Origin: Nitrospirota bacterium
GTDB lineage: Bacteria > Nitrospirota > Thermodesulfovibrionia > UBA6902
Assembly (NCBI GenBank): GCA_011040095.1
Contig: DRDE01000314.1
Coordinates: 1-43,991 of the forward strand
Direction of reading: 5' to 3'
Length of the DNA stretch: 43,991 nucleotides
The notes below the pieces were generated by a model, which ran no database searches, was not told where the DNA came from, and saw nothing but the letters and a program-made list of their open reading frames with translations. Of the stretch, positions 43,893-43,991 are shown in pieces. Made by a program: the position numbers and the translations under genes. Position 1 is the stretch's first letter, and each line of letters starts with the position of its first letter.

Positions 43893-43991
43893 TGTGTATC
43901 CTCCTTGATTTAGTTGTTTGGAGGTCTACAATAACCTATACGTTTGTGTCGAATTACGGCTCTTAAATGGAATTCCTGTTTTCATCGAAAA

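Overview
The window has three parts.

(A) About 1-12.3 kb is a visibly AT-richer accessory island (by eye, not computed). It contains:
- a partial SNF2-family ATPase;
- two about 530-540 aa proteins that appear to share an E...D...QxK (PD-(D/E)xK-like) nuclease core;
- several type II toxin-antitoxin cassettes (UPF0175/PIN-DUF3368, HicB, HicA/HicB relic, Gp49-RelE/XRE), some duplicated and decayed;
- a stand-alone, divergent RNA polymerase beta-prime (rpoC) paralog with no rpoB next to it, plus a deletion scar of a second copy.

(B) About 12.4-40.4 kb is ordinary core chromosome:
- a Rieske / split cytochrome b / octahaem cytochrome c bc-type complex operon invaded by small palindromic elements;
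- a chemosensory cluster: an MCP with a 15-bp tandem repeat, CheA-REC, CheW, REC, a REC-repeat-DUF4388 protein, and a PilZ-DUF4388-DnaJ-TPR protein;
- nadE, htrA, larC, larB, gpsA, folP, ftsH, an EamA transporter and a sigma-54 (NtrC-type) regulator.

(C) About 40.4-44 kb is again accessory: a MITE, a HigB toxin with a HigA-ImmA fusion behind a perfect consensus promoter, a mini SNase-like gene, a 22-bp perfect inverted repeat and a dead IS21 transposase.

No rRNA, tRNA or CRISPR array was seen.

The best candidate for something undescribed is the co-directional, tightly packed minus-strand array: rpoC paralog - HicB - UPF0175 - PIN - 531-aa nuclease-like protein - SNF2 ATPase. A distant paralog of the nuclease-like protein is divergently transcribed on the other side of the rpoC paralog.

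All homology calls are by-eye motif recognition. No searches or computations were run.
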